Positions 51,706-63,314 of a stretch of 64,000 bases of DNA are shown here, in pieces. The stretch's first letter is position 1; each line of letters starts with the position of its first letter. A model generated the notes under the pieces. That model made no database searches, had not been told where the DNA came from, and saw only the letters and a list, made by a program, of their open reading frames with translations. The stretch comes from Felis catus. Its lineage: Eukaryota. Both the position numbers and the translations under genes were made by a program. Location: contig NC_058368.1 of the NCBI RefSeq assembly GCF_018350175.1, forward strand, positions 234,734,001 to 234,798,000, given 5' to 3'.

Positions 51706-51707
<2 letters not shown>

Positions 51708-54700
51708 CCCCTTACTTTCCATGTCAGTTCTGATTCCAGACACTGTAGCCTCTTCCTCCGCTGCCATGTGAATGTCGAACTAAAGGCATCCGACAGACAT
51801 CGCGGGCTCCTCTCCCAGGAGTGACCAGATGACCCTGGCCAACCTCTTTGAAAACCCAGTGCCCCCGCCCCCAGCCCTGCTCTTTCTCCTGAGCGGTTGG
51901 TTACCGGGCGGTGGGGATGGGCCGACTGCATCTGCCGCGTCAATCAGGTGCAAATGGAAGACCGGAGCTCAGAGTTACCACTGGGGACACAAAGGGCCCG
52001 GGTGTACGTAATCAAGTATTTTACACTTTGTGCACGGGGGACACCTTTGGGGGTTTTCCCCGTTGACACCAGTGGGTCCTCTGCTTTTGAGATAAGGGGG
52101 GAAGTGCACTGCCTTCAACTCTCCTTTGCTCTCCACTGGGGAATTTTGTAATTTGCAGTTTAGATGTAAATTCATGTAAATCAGCACTTATTTTCAGATG
52201 AAATCCTACCATTGAGAACAGTCTGGAGGCATTCTCCAATGCCAGCACGCATTTGATCCCCATATAATTTCTTGGCATGTGGATTAAGCCTGCAATAAGG
52301 GTGGGAAGCTCACGATTGGGCACACAAGACAATTGACCCTTATTCTGCCATAAGGACAGGGAAATCGAATTGTAACGCCTTTTCCAGCATCTGAGACAAA
52401 GCAGGGCCGAATGCCAGTTCAGCTAATTGGCTGGAACAAATTCCGTCCAGCACCGTCCTCGTGGGGTCAGTTGTAGTCTCTTTTCGCCTTGGGTCCCGAG
52501 AAAGCGCTTCGTCCCTGGCCAGTTTATTGCCAGTCGATGTGTTCGGTTTCAGTAAAGCAAGAGAAGGTATGAAAGTCAACCCACAGTGACCACCCCTCGC
52601 AGGCAGACCTCGCCACAGGGCCGCGTCCTGGTGAACGAAGCACGTATCATTCTGATGATCCCCTCGGTGTGGATAGGAAAGCCCCGATCGGAACGCCTGG
52701 TGAAGGAAGGCACTGCAATACTCCAGTCTCTGGAAACAGAGATGCTGACAGGACATGCGGGGTTGCAGCTCTCACTGTGGATTGAGAAAATGAAGAGAAG
52801 GTAGGGAACGTCCTCCTGAAGGCTGAAGACACGAGATGGCTACGGACGCACTACATCGATTGGTCACGTGACACAGACCTGTCATTACATAGATGGAGAT
52901 GAACTTCAGAAAAAAAGGCAGGAGCCTGAACTAGAAGAGGACATCGCTGGGAAAAGCGTTAGGTCATGGGACAGAATATCCACGTGGACTGAGGGTCAGG
53001 AGGCTCCTTGGGTGTCTTTGGAAGGCGCATGTGCTGGCGGTCACGCTGAGCAAGACGAGGCCGTGGTCAGAACAGGACGCTCACAGACGGTGCGGGGTCC
53101 TCGGTGAAACCCCGGGGGATGGAGTGAACCATGCGGGGTCTCGGCGGGCGCTGCTGGGGCCGGGGGTATCCAGTAGACGGCACACCCTCTCTCAAGGATG
53201 CCGGGAGAAAGAATCCCAATGATCGTGAGAAGAGTCGTGACTTTTTTTACCCCTTACGACTCCTGTGAATCTATTGTTACCGTTAGACCGCTTTTGAAAT
53301 ATGGAGGGAGAGCTCTTGCTGATTTTCTGCTTCGCTTCTGTTGTAGGAGGTTTGATTTCGCGGTGGGGGTGGGGCTGGCTTGAAGCTGAGAGTTCGCGGT
53401 CACCTTCAGCTGTCATTCTGTCTAAAGACCCCTGCGAGGTGGCCGGCTGACCCCCCCCACCCCCCCACCCCCGGCTGTGGCAACAACCTCCGTGCACCTG
53501 TAGGGACCCGCCAGCATCTCGCAGGCCAGGAATCAGATGGGAGGGAAGGAGCAGGTGGGCCTTAATTAGCACCAAGAGCCGGCTCATTAGCAGTGAGGGG
53601 CGGCTGGCGGAAGCCAAGCAGGCAGCAGTCCCTTTAAAGGGGACAGACAAGGCATCAGTGACGAGTCGTTATTAAGAGGCAGACAGAAAGGCTGCAGCTA
53701 AATCATTATGCCCATTCCTGTAATGAGAGGCCACCAAATAGAAGCGCCCCACCCGAGAGTCCACACATGGAGGGCAAGGGGCCACTGAGACGGGGAGGGT
53801 CCTGCAGAGAGCAGGGACAAGGCTTCGGCACTCGAAGGACGGGGAGTCTGAGGGAAGGACGGAGTAGGAAGATTGAGTCAAGGGACGCAACAGCCACTTT
53901 GGAGAATAAAAGGGGCTGCCATGCTGAGGATGGCGGCCAGCTGTCCCTTCCTTCCAGTGAGGCTGCAACAAAGGCAGTGAGCGGCTGGGGTGGTGGCCAG
54001 AGGGGTGGCATGTGGGGGGAGAGGGGGAGGGCCTGCGGCGGGGGTGGTGAGATGCCAGCTATAGTTCTCAGGGTGGATTTGCAGACTAGCCTGCCCGATC
54101 TTGGGAAACACGGGAGGGCTCGTTGGTTTTACTGGCTGCACGCGGGGTGGGGCAGGGCACCCCCTGGAGGTCAAGGCCTGCACTGCTTGGGGGGGTGGGG
54201 GCCGCAGGACCCATGGGAGGGAGGGGTGGTGGCTGTCGGAGGCCCCAGCGCTGGCACACCTGTGGGGGACAGGTGCACGGCTCAGACCTCCCCACGTCCC
54301 ATTACAGGTCAAGACCTGACCTGACGCTGAGGTTTTCACCCGTGTTTCCACCTCCTTCCGGCCCTATTTCCAGGACAAGGTCCAGTTCAATTCACCTTGC
54401 CTGTTTCTACCAGCCCAACTGCCTGGGAACACACTGCCTCGTAAGTCTGCAATAGTGTCAGCAGCCCACAGCAGAACAGAACAAACACCTCCGAGCGGAG
54501 ACCCATTTTCAGAATCACTTTTGAAGGAGCAAGTGTGCACTTTGATTCCAGAGGTGCTGGCTACCGGTGTATCAGGAATCATCTCTCTCGACTCTTTTGA
54601 GAGCAGAGGCTGTACGTTCAGCTCCTGGGAAGCGGCAAAGCCTCTGCCTCAGAGAGGCTGTGATTAGTGGAGGGTCCCTCCTGGGTCTTGCGAGCTTCTG

Positions 54701-55239
54701 CTTCCTCAAGGCACTCCTCCTGTCTCCATACTTCTTGGCTTGGAGCGCTATAATGGGAGGCGAAATTCACTTATTGAAGCCTTGCCGAGGATGGACAGAG
54801 TGTCAATACAGCCAGGGCTTGCTTTTCTTCTGTCATCCGCCTAGAAATCGTCTCTTTTCTGCGTTTGTCGCTAACAGCACCAGACCCGCTCGGTGACTCA
54901 TCTCAGCCGTCCCCCAGGCATGGTCGTGCTAGCTTCACGGGTGGGACGGGAACAGTCAATAGATCCGTCCCTGAGCCGTGTGCAAGTAGATGACAGAAAG
55001 AACGTCCTAGCCAGCCAAATGCTTCGTTGGCTTGAGATGATCTTGTTGGTTTTACTGGAAAAGGTGTGGGGTCTAGTATGTGGTGTGGCGTCCGGGGAGA
55101 GACGGGCCTATGACCAGGCTGACATCTCTCCATCGGTCCAGGAGCCGGTAGGAGGAGCCTACTGCCCCATTTCACCTGAATCTTAGACCCATTGTGAGCA
55201 CCTGCAAGTTTGTCCAGGAAAAGCACTTTGGTCGATTGA

Positions 55240-56215
55240 AAAGTAAGATATAATTTACATATCATAAAATTCACCACTTCAAGCATTTTTTAAAGTATAT
55301 TCATAACTCCAGAATGTTTTCCTCACTCCCAAAAGAAATCTCATACCCCTTAGTGGTCACTTTCCCCTTCCTTACTCCCCAGCCCCTGGCGATCACTAAT
55401 CCATTTGCTGTCTCTGTACGTTTACCTCTTCGGGGCATTTCATAGGAGTGCAATCGTACAATGTATAACCTTTGCTGTCTGGCATCTTTCATTTAGCATA
55501 ATGCCTTCAAGCTTTTGATGGCTGAATAACACTCCATTTTAGAGACAGACCACACTGTGTTTATCCATTTATCAACTCATGGAAATTTGGATTGTTTCTA
55601 TGGTTTGCCACCGTTTGTTGGTTAAGAATAACATTGTTTTCAACGTAAATGTACAGGTTTTTGCATGAACACGTGTTTTCAATCCTCCTAGATGTATACC
55701 TAAGAGTGAAAATTCCAGGATCATAGGGTAATTCTAGGTTTAACTTCAGAAGAGCTGCCTGTTGCTTTCTCCAGTGGGTGCCCCCCTTCATGCTCCCGGC
55801 AGCGATGATGACGGTTCTCATTTCTCTGCATCCTTGCCAACACTTCCTTTCTGCTTCTCGGATGATAGCCGTCCTAAGTGGATGTGAAATGGTATCTCAT
55901 TTCGGCTTTGATCTGCAGTTCCTCAACTGTTAATGATGTTGAGCATAATTTTTGTGTACTTGTTGGCCATTTTGGAAAAATGTCTCCTTTGGGAAAATGC
56001 CTATTCAGAATCTTTGCCCATGTTTTCATTGGGCTGTCTTTTTTATCGTGGAGTTTTAAGTGTTCTTTTTATATGTTGGATACATAACCCATATTGGATA
56101 CATGATTTACAAATATTTTCTTCCAACCTCTAGATTACCTTTTACTTCTGTGATAGTGTCCTTTGATGTATATAAGGTTTTAATTTTGCTGAAAGCTTGG
56201 TCAATGTTCATCTTA
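55240..56215 (-). mobile_element. Old LINE-1 (L1MA/MB-like) 3' UTR and end of ORF2
   Basis: 'gatataatttacatatcataaaattcacc', 'cagcccctggcgatcactaatcc', 'gtgaaatggtatctcatt', 'gatttacaaatattttcttcc'. Confidence 0.85.
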
Positions 56216-56227
56216 GGTCTTACGTCA

Positions 56228-56338
56228 GGGTCAACTGGCTGGCTCAGTTGGAAGTGCGTGAGACTCTTGATCTTGGGGTCATGAGTTCGAGCCTCACGTT
56301 GGATGCAGAGATTAATTAAATAAATAAACTTAAAAAAA
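56228..56338 (+). mobile_element. CanSINE, older short type
   Basis: 'ctggctggctcagttggaagtgcgtgagactcttgatcttggggtcatgagttcgagcc...taaataaataaacttaaaaaaa'. Confidence 0.85.
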
Positions 56339-56347
56339 GGCTTAGGT

Positions 56348-56562
56348 CAGTGTTTCCGACCTTGTTTTCAATGTCAACCATTAAGAAGAAAATTCTAATT
56401 TATTTAACGAGATGAATTGAATATTGAGGAATGGATTTTGGTCAAGTAGCACTGCGCTTTGAAGGGCCACAAACCATTGCAACATATGAGATTTCTTTCC
56501 CTCCAACAATCAGTTTTTCCCTTGGGGAGCAACGTTGTCACCTCAGTTTCCCTGAGAATGCA
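56348..56562. mobile_element. MER112-like hAT-Charlie DNA transposon
   Basis: 'cagtgtttccgacc...ctttgaagggccacaaaccattgcaacatatgagattt...cccttgggg...tgagaatgca' matches the recalled MER112 consensus. Confidence 0.7.
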
Positions 56563-57729
56563 GGAATTAGGTCAAAGCTATTGCTCTTTACCTAAACTTG
56601 GATGAGACTGGGAGAAAGACTTGAGCCCACCATCTGTGTGAGTTAACCTGCTCTTGTGCTCCAGAAATGGCCCCAGCCCAGAGATACTCTCTACCTCCTT
56701 AGGTCCTACACGATCCTTCTCAGCTAAACCTTTACAGACTGAACATAAAAGCACCAATGGTTTTGTTCTTCCCACGCAGTGCAGACTGGGACCTTGGGCT
56801 GCTAACAGTGCCTTAGGACATTTCCAACAATTGTTCAATTTACACAATCTATTGCTTATCATACAGTATGGGCTTATAGCTGGGTTTCTATCTGCCAGTT
56901 GTGGCTTGCTTGTATGTAACTGTTGAACTGATCATAGACATAAGACAGAAGTAATTTCTGTTGAACTGATCATAGACACATAGACACTTAGATGTTGCTA
57001 GGTGCCGATCTGAGATGTGACCAACTCTGAGCTAATAGCTGAAATGAGTGTTGTGGATAATCTGTGAATTTCTGTTTGTTACTTCTCTATCCCGATTCGT
57101 CAGATAATTAAGCACAGCCATCCCAGGTAGTCCCTGTCATTGCAAAGCCTGCTGTTTTGCAGGAAGCATTTTATTTCCAAAGAAAGAAGAAAGAAGGCAA
57201 AATTTGATGTAAGGTGTAGGTAAAACCCATCGTGGCTTCTTTGTCTCCTCCTTCATCTCTTCTTTGCAGTTGTACCAAATAATGCTTTCTTTTCTAATTT
57301 TAAAAGTAGGCATCATCCTCGTCTAGAGAAGATTGAAAGATTAATGGCCTCAAAACCGTTGTAAATCCTGCTTCCTTGTTGCACTTCTTAGTAGTTTGGG
57401 GGGCAACGAATACTTCAATTTTGAACCTCTCTGCACATCAGGAATCCGTTGGGTTTTCTTAAACAATTTCTTAAAACCTTTAATTATGTAGGGCAGGGCA
57501 ATGTGCTCATCAGTCAGGTATGCATGCACAAGGTATGCAAATCCATAGCAAGAATGCTTTAAAACTAGTCCTCTTTATGTGTCGAATGTGGTGCTCACAG
57601 GAACTCATAACATATTTTCCCTTTTTTTTCATGGAAGGCAAGTTGCATCTGAATCTTTAGAAAAAATTGCCATTCCAGACTAAGTAAAAATTTTGGTATG
57701 AGATGATAGTTAAAAGCAGAGATTCTTTA

Positions 57730-58560
57730 TTAAATAATTATTCATCATCTATTATGCAGAAAATACCTTGTTGGGTATCACTAAGGCTACAAAGTAACAC
57801 GACCTTGTGTCTCTGACCACAGACAGCTCGTTATCTAGTGAGTCAGGATTAAAACACGCACAAGAAACTGCAACCAAACCACTATGTCACCAGTTTCGTC
57901 AGGAGAGATATGACCGAGTCTTGCATTTCAGATGAGGGCTAGTTCAGCTTGGGTGATGCACGGGCAGGTCACATTTCAATGAGATTCTAAAAAAATAAAC
58001 AGAATTTAAGAAAACAAATGAGGGAGAACATTCAGGAGGTGTATACGCAAAGAGGTGGAGGGGCAGGAAAAGGAAGGAACAGCATCCAATGATGACTGAT
58101 GACAACCCAGAACACACTTAAGGGACTAGGTGTGTGGGAGGATGCAGCCAGACTCGCCAGTGGCTGCTCTTGATCATTCCTGAGCACTGAAGTGATACAG
58201 TCACGTGAGAAGTGGTCTGAGAATGGATGAACCGGAGGCAGCGGGATGGTTTAGAAGCATCTCACGGGAGTTCAGGAGTGAGGTGGTGACTATGTGACGA
58301 TCCGGAGTGGATGGTGGGAATGGAAAGGAAGGGATAGAAAAAGCAGACTTATCCATACAAAGAAAACTTCCTAAGGCTTGGTGATTGATTGGCTGTAGAG
58401 GGAGGCAGGAAAGGAGAGGAAAGAATCAAGAAGAACTTGAGGGTTTTATGTCTGCCTCATTAGAAACGTGATTAAATGCGAAGTCAGGAGGAGGATGCAG
58501 TTTGAGAGAGAAATTTATTGTGTGTGTTTACAGATGGTGAGTTCCAGGAGCTAAAGGTAC
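57730..58560 (-). mobile_element. LINE-2 remnant
   Basis: Purine-rich reverse L2: 'ggcttggtgattgattggctgtagaggg...gaggaaagaatcaagaagaac'. Confidence 0.65.
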
Positions 58561-58806
58561 AATAAGCAGATGCGATGGGTGAGTGGTGAGAGATGGGTAA
58601 CCAGCAAAATGGATGTAGGGAGTCGCCTTTCTGCAGGTGCAGTGAAAGCTACAAGTGGGAGTGAGATTGTGGGAAGGAAGACGGTGAAGAATAACAACTC
58701 TGGGAAGTCTTGTTCTCCCAAAGGCAGTAGGGAGAACTGCCTGGGTGAACTCTTCTCCGTGCAAGAGTTTGGGGAGAACTTGGGCATCTCATGGCACCTC
58801 CAGTTT

Positions 58807-58948
58807 ACTGCCTACATTTTCTTTGAGGAGTTTTATGGTTTCAGGTCTTATATTTGCATCTTTAATCCATTTTGAGTTTATTTTTGTGTACGGTATAAAG
58901 AAGCTGTCTAGTTTCTGTCTTTTCCATGTAGCTGTCCAGTTTTCCAAA
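58807..58948 (-). pseudogene. LINE-1 ORF2 internal fragment (carnivore-type L1)
   Basis: Translation '[49 protein letters not shown]' is recognisable L1 ORF2p C-terminal region. Confidence 0.9.
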
Positions 58949-60055
58949 CTGCTATTATAATTGACATTTTTAATATTTGTTTTGTAGCCTTTTGTTGTTG
59001 GTATATAGAAATGAAATTTATTTGTATACGTTGGATTTGAGGAAACCTTCAATGTTGCTAAATCTTCCTTTTAATTCTAATGAAATTTTATGGGTTCTTT
59101 CTTCATAAAAAATCCATACCACCTCCAAAATCATATCACCTCTGTTTCCAGCTCTTGTATTTTCCCTTTCTTTGTTATTCTTGCCTTACTGGGTAGCCAG
59201 CATTCCAGCACAATGTTGAAAGGATTGTGCAATACAAGCCATTCTTGTTTTGTTCCTGATCTCAAAAGATTACAACTTTTTGGCCATTAAATATGTTTTG
59301 CAAAAAAAAAAAAATTTGTAGAAGCTCTTTATGAGACTGAGAAGGATCTCTTCTATTCTTAATCTAATAGGAAATTTGTCATTTTTATCATAAAAAGTTT
59401 TATCAAATGCTATTTCTGCATCTGTGATTTTCATTCGTTCTGTTAACCCTTTCAGATTACACTGGCTGATTTTCCATAATCAAACCAACCTTGCCTTGTG
59501 GAGTTAAACATAATTTAGTAATAATTTTTATACTTTTTGCTGGATTCAGTCTGTCCCTAGTCTGTTTAGACTTTTTGCAAATATATTCAGGAGAGATTGG
59601 CCTGTGATTTTCTTTCACCATTTTTTCTTGTCAGACTTTACATCAATGCTATATTCACCTCAGAAAATGACACGAGACATTTCCTGTTCTTCAAGTGAAT
59701 TTATTTACATTTTAATTTTTTTATGTCAGGAAGAAAATGGCCAGTTAAGACATTTGGACCTAGAGTTTTCCTTAGGAGGATATTTTGAACTCCTTATTAT
59801 GGAAAACTTCTGTTTACATTTAATTCATTTACTGGGTTTACTGGTGTACTTGGATTTAAATGTAACATCTTTGTGATTTGGATTTCCCCCACCTGTCCTA
59901 TATATCTTTTTCTCTTTTTATGACTTCTTTTAGATTAACAGAGTATTTTTCAAATCTGTCTTTCCTCTTCAGTGGTTTAAAGTCATGCACATTGCTTTTA
60001 CTCTCTTAATACTTATCCTAGAAATTGCACGATGCCTACTCAACTTATCACTTCT

Positions 60056-60276
60056 TTTTTTTTCTTTTTTTTTTTAACGTTTATTTATTTTTGAGACAGA
60101 GAGAGAGAGCATGAACAGAGGAGGGTCAGAGAAAGAGGGAGACACAGAATCTGAAACAGGCTCCAGGCTCCGAGCCGTCAGCACAGAGCCCGACGCGGGG
60201 CTCGAACTCACGGACCGCGAGATCATGACCTGAGCCGAAGTCGGACGCTTAACTGACTGAGCCACCCAGGTGCCCC
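60056..60276 (-). mobile_element. CanSINE, young
   Basis: Close to the recalled consensus; 17-bp duplication CTCAACTTATCACTTCT at 60039-60055 and 60276-60292. Confidence 0.97.
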
Positions 60277-60744
60277 TCAACTTATCACTTCTAAAATAAT
60301 TACTTTTATCCTCTTTTTGAACAATGGAAGGAATTTAGAACACTTTAACTTTTTTATCCTCTCCTGCTTTATTTACACCTATTGTTGTTTTTTAAGATTT
60401 TATTTCGTTTTAATCCTCCGGAGATGTCATATATATGTCGTAAATTTTATCAGGTTTATACATATATTGCCACTTTTTCTGCTCGCATTTTCTTCTTGTA
60501 TTTCAAACCTTCTATCTGGGAAATTTTCACTCTATGTGAACTATACCCTTCATTTGTGTGCTGTTTTCAGTGCTTTCACTTTGTGCTGTTGTGTAAGGAG
60601 TATTTATTTAGCCCTTGTTCTTGAAAGATGTATTCACTGGGTATAGAATCATTTCTCCCCCACTCATTGCAGAAGTCAGTTCTGTGTCTCTGGCTTTTAA
60701 GGCTCTTAGCAAGAAGTCAACTGTTATTCATTAGAAGGACTCTG

Positions 60745-60757
60745 TCTCTCTCTCTCT

Positions 60758-60795
<38 letters not shown>
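60745..60795. repeat. (CT)n(CA)n compound microsatellite
   Basis: Directly visible. Confidence 0.95.
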
Positions 60796-60797
<2 letters not shown>

Positions 60798-62246
60798 TGT
60801 GTATATACAGACGTTGTTGTTTTTTTCTGTCTGGTTTTAGGGCTTTACCTTCTTTGGAGTTTTTAAAGTTTCATTCTGATCTTAGTATGGATTTACATTC
60901 ATTTTTCCTGCTTGAAATTGATGGCACTTTTGAACCTAAACAGGTGAATTATGACAAAAGCGCTCGTGAAGCTAGGGAGAGTTGTGGGAAGTGACGTCAC
61001 AAAGAAAAAAGCAGATTCATAAGGTGTGAGAGGAAGGGGCAGAAAATGGAAACGTGCCATCAGCACACGATGCTTAGATAAAGGAGCCAGGGTTGGGGTG
61101 GGGTGGGACTCAGGGCCGACAGTGGTCATACGTGAATGGAGCTCAGACATTGCATGAAACATGAATAAATGACCTTGCTTCTCAACATGTCACTGAATGC
61201 TGAGCACAGAGGTTTAAAAAGGAAAACCCCAAAGCACGAGATTTCTAATATCAATTCTTCAAGTTTGTAACCATGGTCAGAACTCTGAAGAATAAGCCTG
61301 TGAGGTCACAGTGGTAATCTGAATTTTTCCTGAAAACAAAAAGAATTTGGCTTTTTTTCAGTTTTATCATATAATCTGTGCACATGAAAAAAAAAAAAAC
61401 TAGTGCAAAAATGAGAACATCAAATAAGTGAAACCAATTTTCTTCCGCTTACATAGAGTCACCTTAAAACTCTTTACAATCATTAACAACCTTTGAGTCG
61501 TAATTTTTTTAAGAACACAAGTAATGAAAAGCAGATTTCATTCCGGTAGCGTAATGCCCTGATTAATTAATTATGCTCACAGACAGCGTGGTGAGCGGGT
61601 AGAGTGCCATCGATTTCCAGGATGTATACAAGGCGGCAAAAGTGCGTCCATGGGGAACAATTTTAATCCATCAATCCATACAGACCCCTTTGCTACAGCC
61701 AACCCGCATCTGATTTCCCGGAACGTTGGCGTTCTGACCTGTGTTCATTTGTCTGCACTCTGGTGATTGACTATTTTCCTATTTATTCTGGAAGAAATAA
61801 GAGGCTTGGGGCTTTCATAGTCTGTCAACTTTCTCCCTGTCGACTAGTCTTATCTCTTCATTCTTTTATACTTCCCAGGCCACTAGGAGACAAATCCACG
61901 GAAACCATTAGCTCTCAGACAGACAAATGTTTCCAAACCTCATTCTCCAGCATCGAGGGGGAGCTTGGGGACCCTTTCACCCGGAGACCCCAAGGCTGGC
62001 TCAGCTAACCAGGCTTGCAACATCCATTCTTCCCTCCTTTCTTGCTCTTCCTTGGGTTGACTTCTTTCTCCTGAAATTACTCACTGTCAGAGAGGACGTT
62101 AATCCCACGCCCCTGATACTGGCTGACAAGGGGACCCTGTGTAGACCCAGACCCACTAGGAGCCACATTATAAGGCTTCCTTGTCAGAAGGGAATTCCAC
62201 AGGGTCAGCTACCCACCCAGGCTTACATCTGACACACACTTGTCTT

Positions 62247-62350
62247 TGTATGTATGTCTGTGTGCATGCATGCATGTGCAAATGTGCTTGTATGCATGCA
62301 AATGTACGTACACGTACGTATGCTTGTGTGCATGTATGCACGCGTGCATT
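62247..62350. repeat. Alternating purine-pyrimidine low-complexity tract
   Basis: TGCA/TGTA/TACG units. Confidence 0.8.
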
Positions 62351-62521
62351 TGTCTGGCTGTCTGGTTTGCAGTCAGGCAGCTGATATGCACAGAATTAGC
62401 CTCCCATTTTCACCTGATCCTCTGTTAGATGACCAGAAGGACCAGGCAAGATTAGTGTCCAGCCATGGAAGACAATGGACTGAAGAAGAGCATGAATGTT
62501 CGGCACTTGCCCAGCTCATGG

Positions 62522-62860
62522 TGCAATGGATTGACCGTGTCCCCCCTAAATTCATATGCTGACCCCCTAATCCCAATGTGATAGTAGGATTACTGTCAGG
62601 AAGCAGGGCCTTTGGGGGGTGATCGGGTCATGAGGGTGGGGCCCTTACAAGTGGGACTAGTGTCCTGGTCAGGGGAGACGTGACTCTCTCTGCTGTCCCC
62701 ACCACGTGAGGACAGTGAAGCCTGCAGCCAGAAGAGGGACATCACCTGACCGCAGACCGCCAGACTCCCAGCCTCTGGAACTGTGAGAAATACATGTGTG
62801 TTATTCACAACCCTCCCAGCTCTGCTCCGGTGTGAAAACGGCCTGCGTGGACTGAGAAAC
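62522..62860 (+). mobile_element. MLT1A-like MaLR LTR
   Basis: 'tgcaatggattgaccgtgtcccccctaaattcatatgctga...gggtcatgagggtggggccc...cagcctctggaactgtgagaaata'. Confidence 0.8.
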
Positions 62861-63033
62861 GTAGTCATGGTTTAATCGGAGGGAGCTGCTCTCCCTACAT
62901 GAGAGACAAGGACCCTGGTGCAGGTGGTCTCCATAGTTTTCTCTGGTGCTTACATGATACGACTTGAAAACTGTCAAATCAGAGTTCACATGTCTGTATT
63001 TACCAACATGGCTTGTACAAATAGACCTGGATT

Positions 63034-63034
<1 letters not shown>

Positions 63035-63078
<44 letters not shown>
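63035..63078. repeat. (TATC)n microsatellite at the SINE tail
   Basis: Directly visible run. Confidence 0.95.
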
Positions 63079-63084
63079 ATCTCT

Positions 63085-63146
63085 CTATTTATAGTTTATT
63101 TATTTATTTTGAGAGAGAGACAGAGCATGCGCACAAGTGGGGGAGG

Positions 63147-63188
<42 letters not shown>

Positions 63189-63314
63189 CCCAAGCAGGCT
63201 CTGTACTGTCCGTGCATAGCCGGACACGGGGCTCAAATCCACGAACTATGAGATCACGACCTGAACCGAAACCAAGAGTCGGATGCTCAACTGACTGAGC
63301 CACCCAGTCACCCC
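63085..63314 (-). mobile_element. CanSINE
   Basis: Reverse SINE with a long (GA)n; imperfect TSD at 63020-63037 and 63315-63332. Confidence 0.93.

Larger units (their letters stand above)
58950..60950 (-). mobile_element. Highly decayed old LINE-1 (L1M-type), interrupted by a SINE and a microsatellite
   Basis: T-rich; 'ccagcacaatgttgaa', 'cttgttttgttcctgatctcaa', 'tttatcaaatgct', 'cttgaaagatgtattcactgggtatagaat'. Confidence 0.7.

Noticed and set aside
52900..53180. Purine-rich stretches here and near 20.6, 35.8 and 47.5 kb resembling L2
   Set aside because: Too degenerate to call or bound without an alignment
56920..56978. Repeat-spacer-repeat resembling a CRISPR unit
   Set aside because: Only two repeats, a mammalian context and no cas genes
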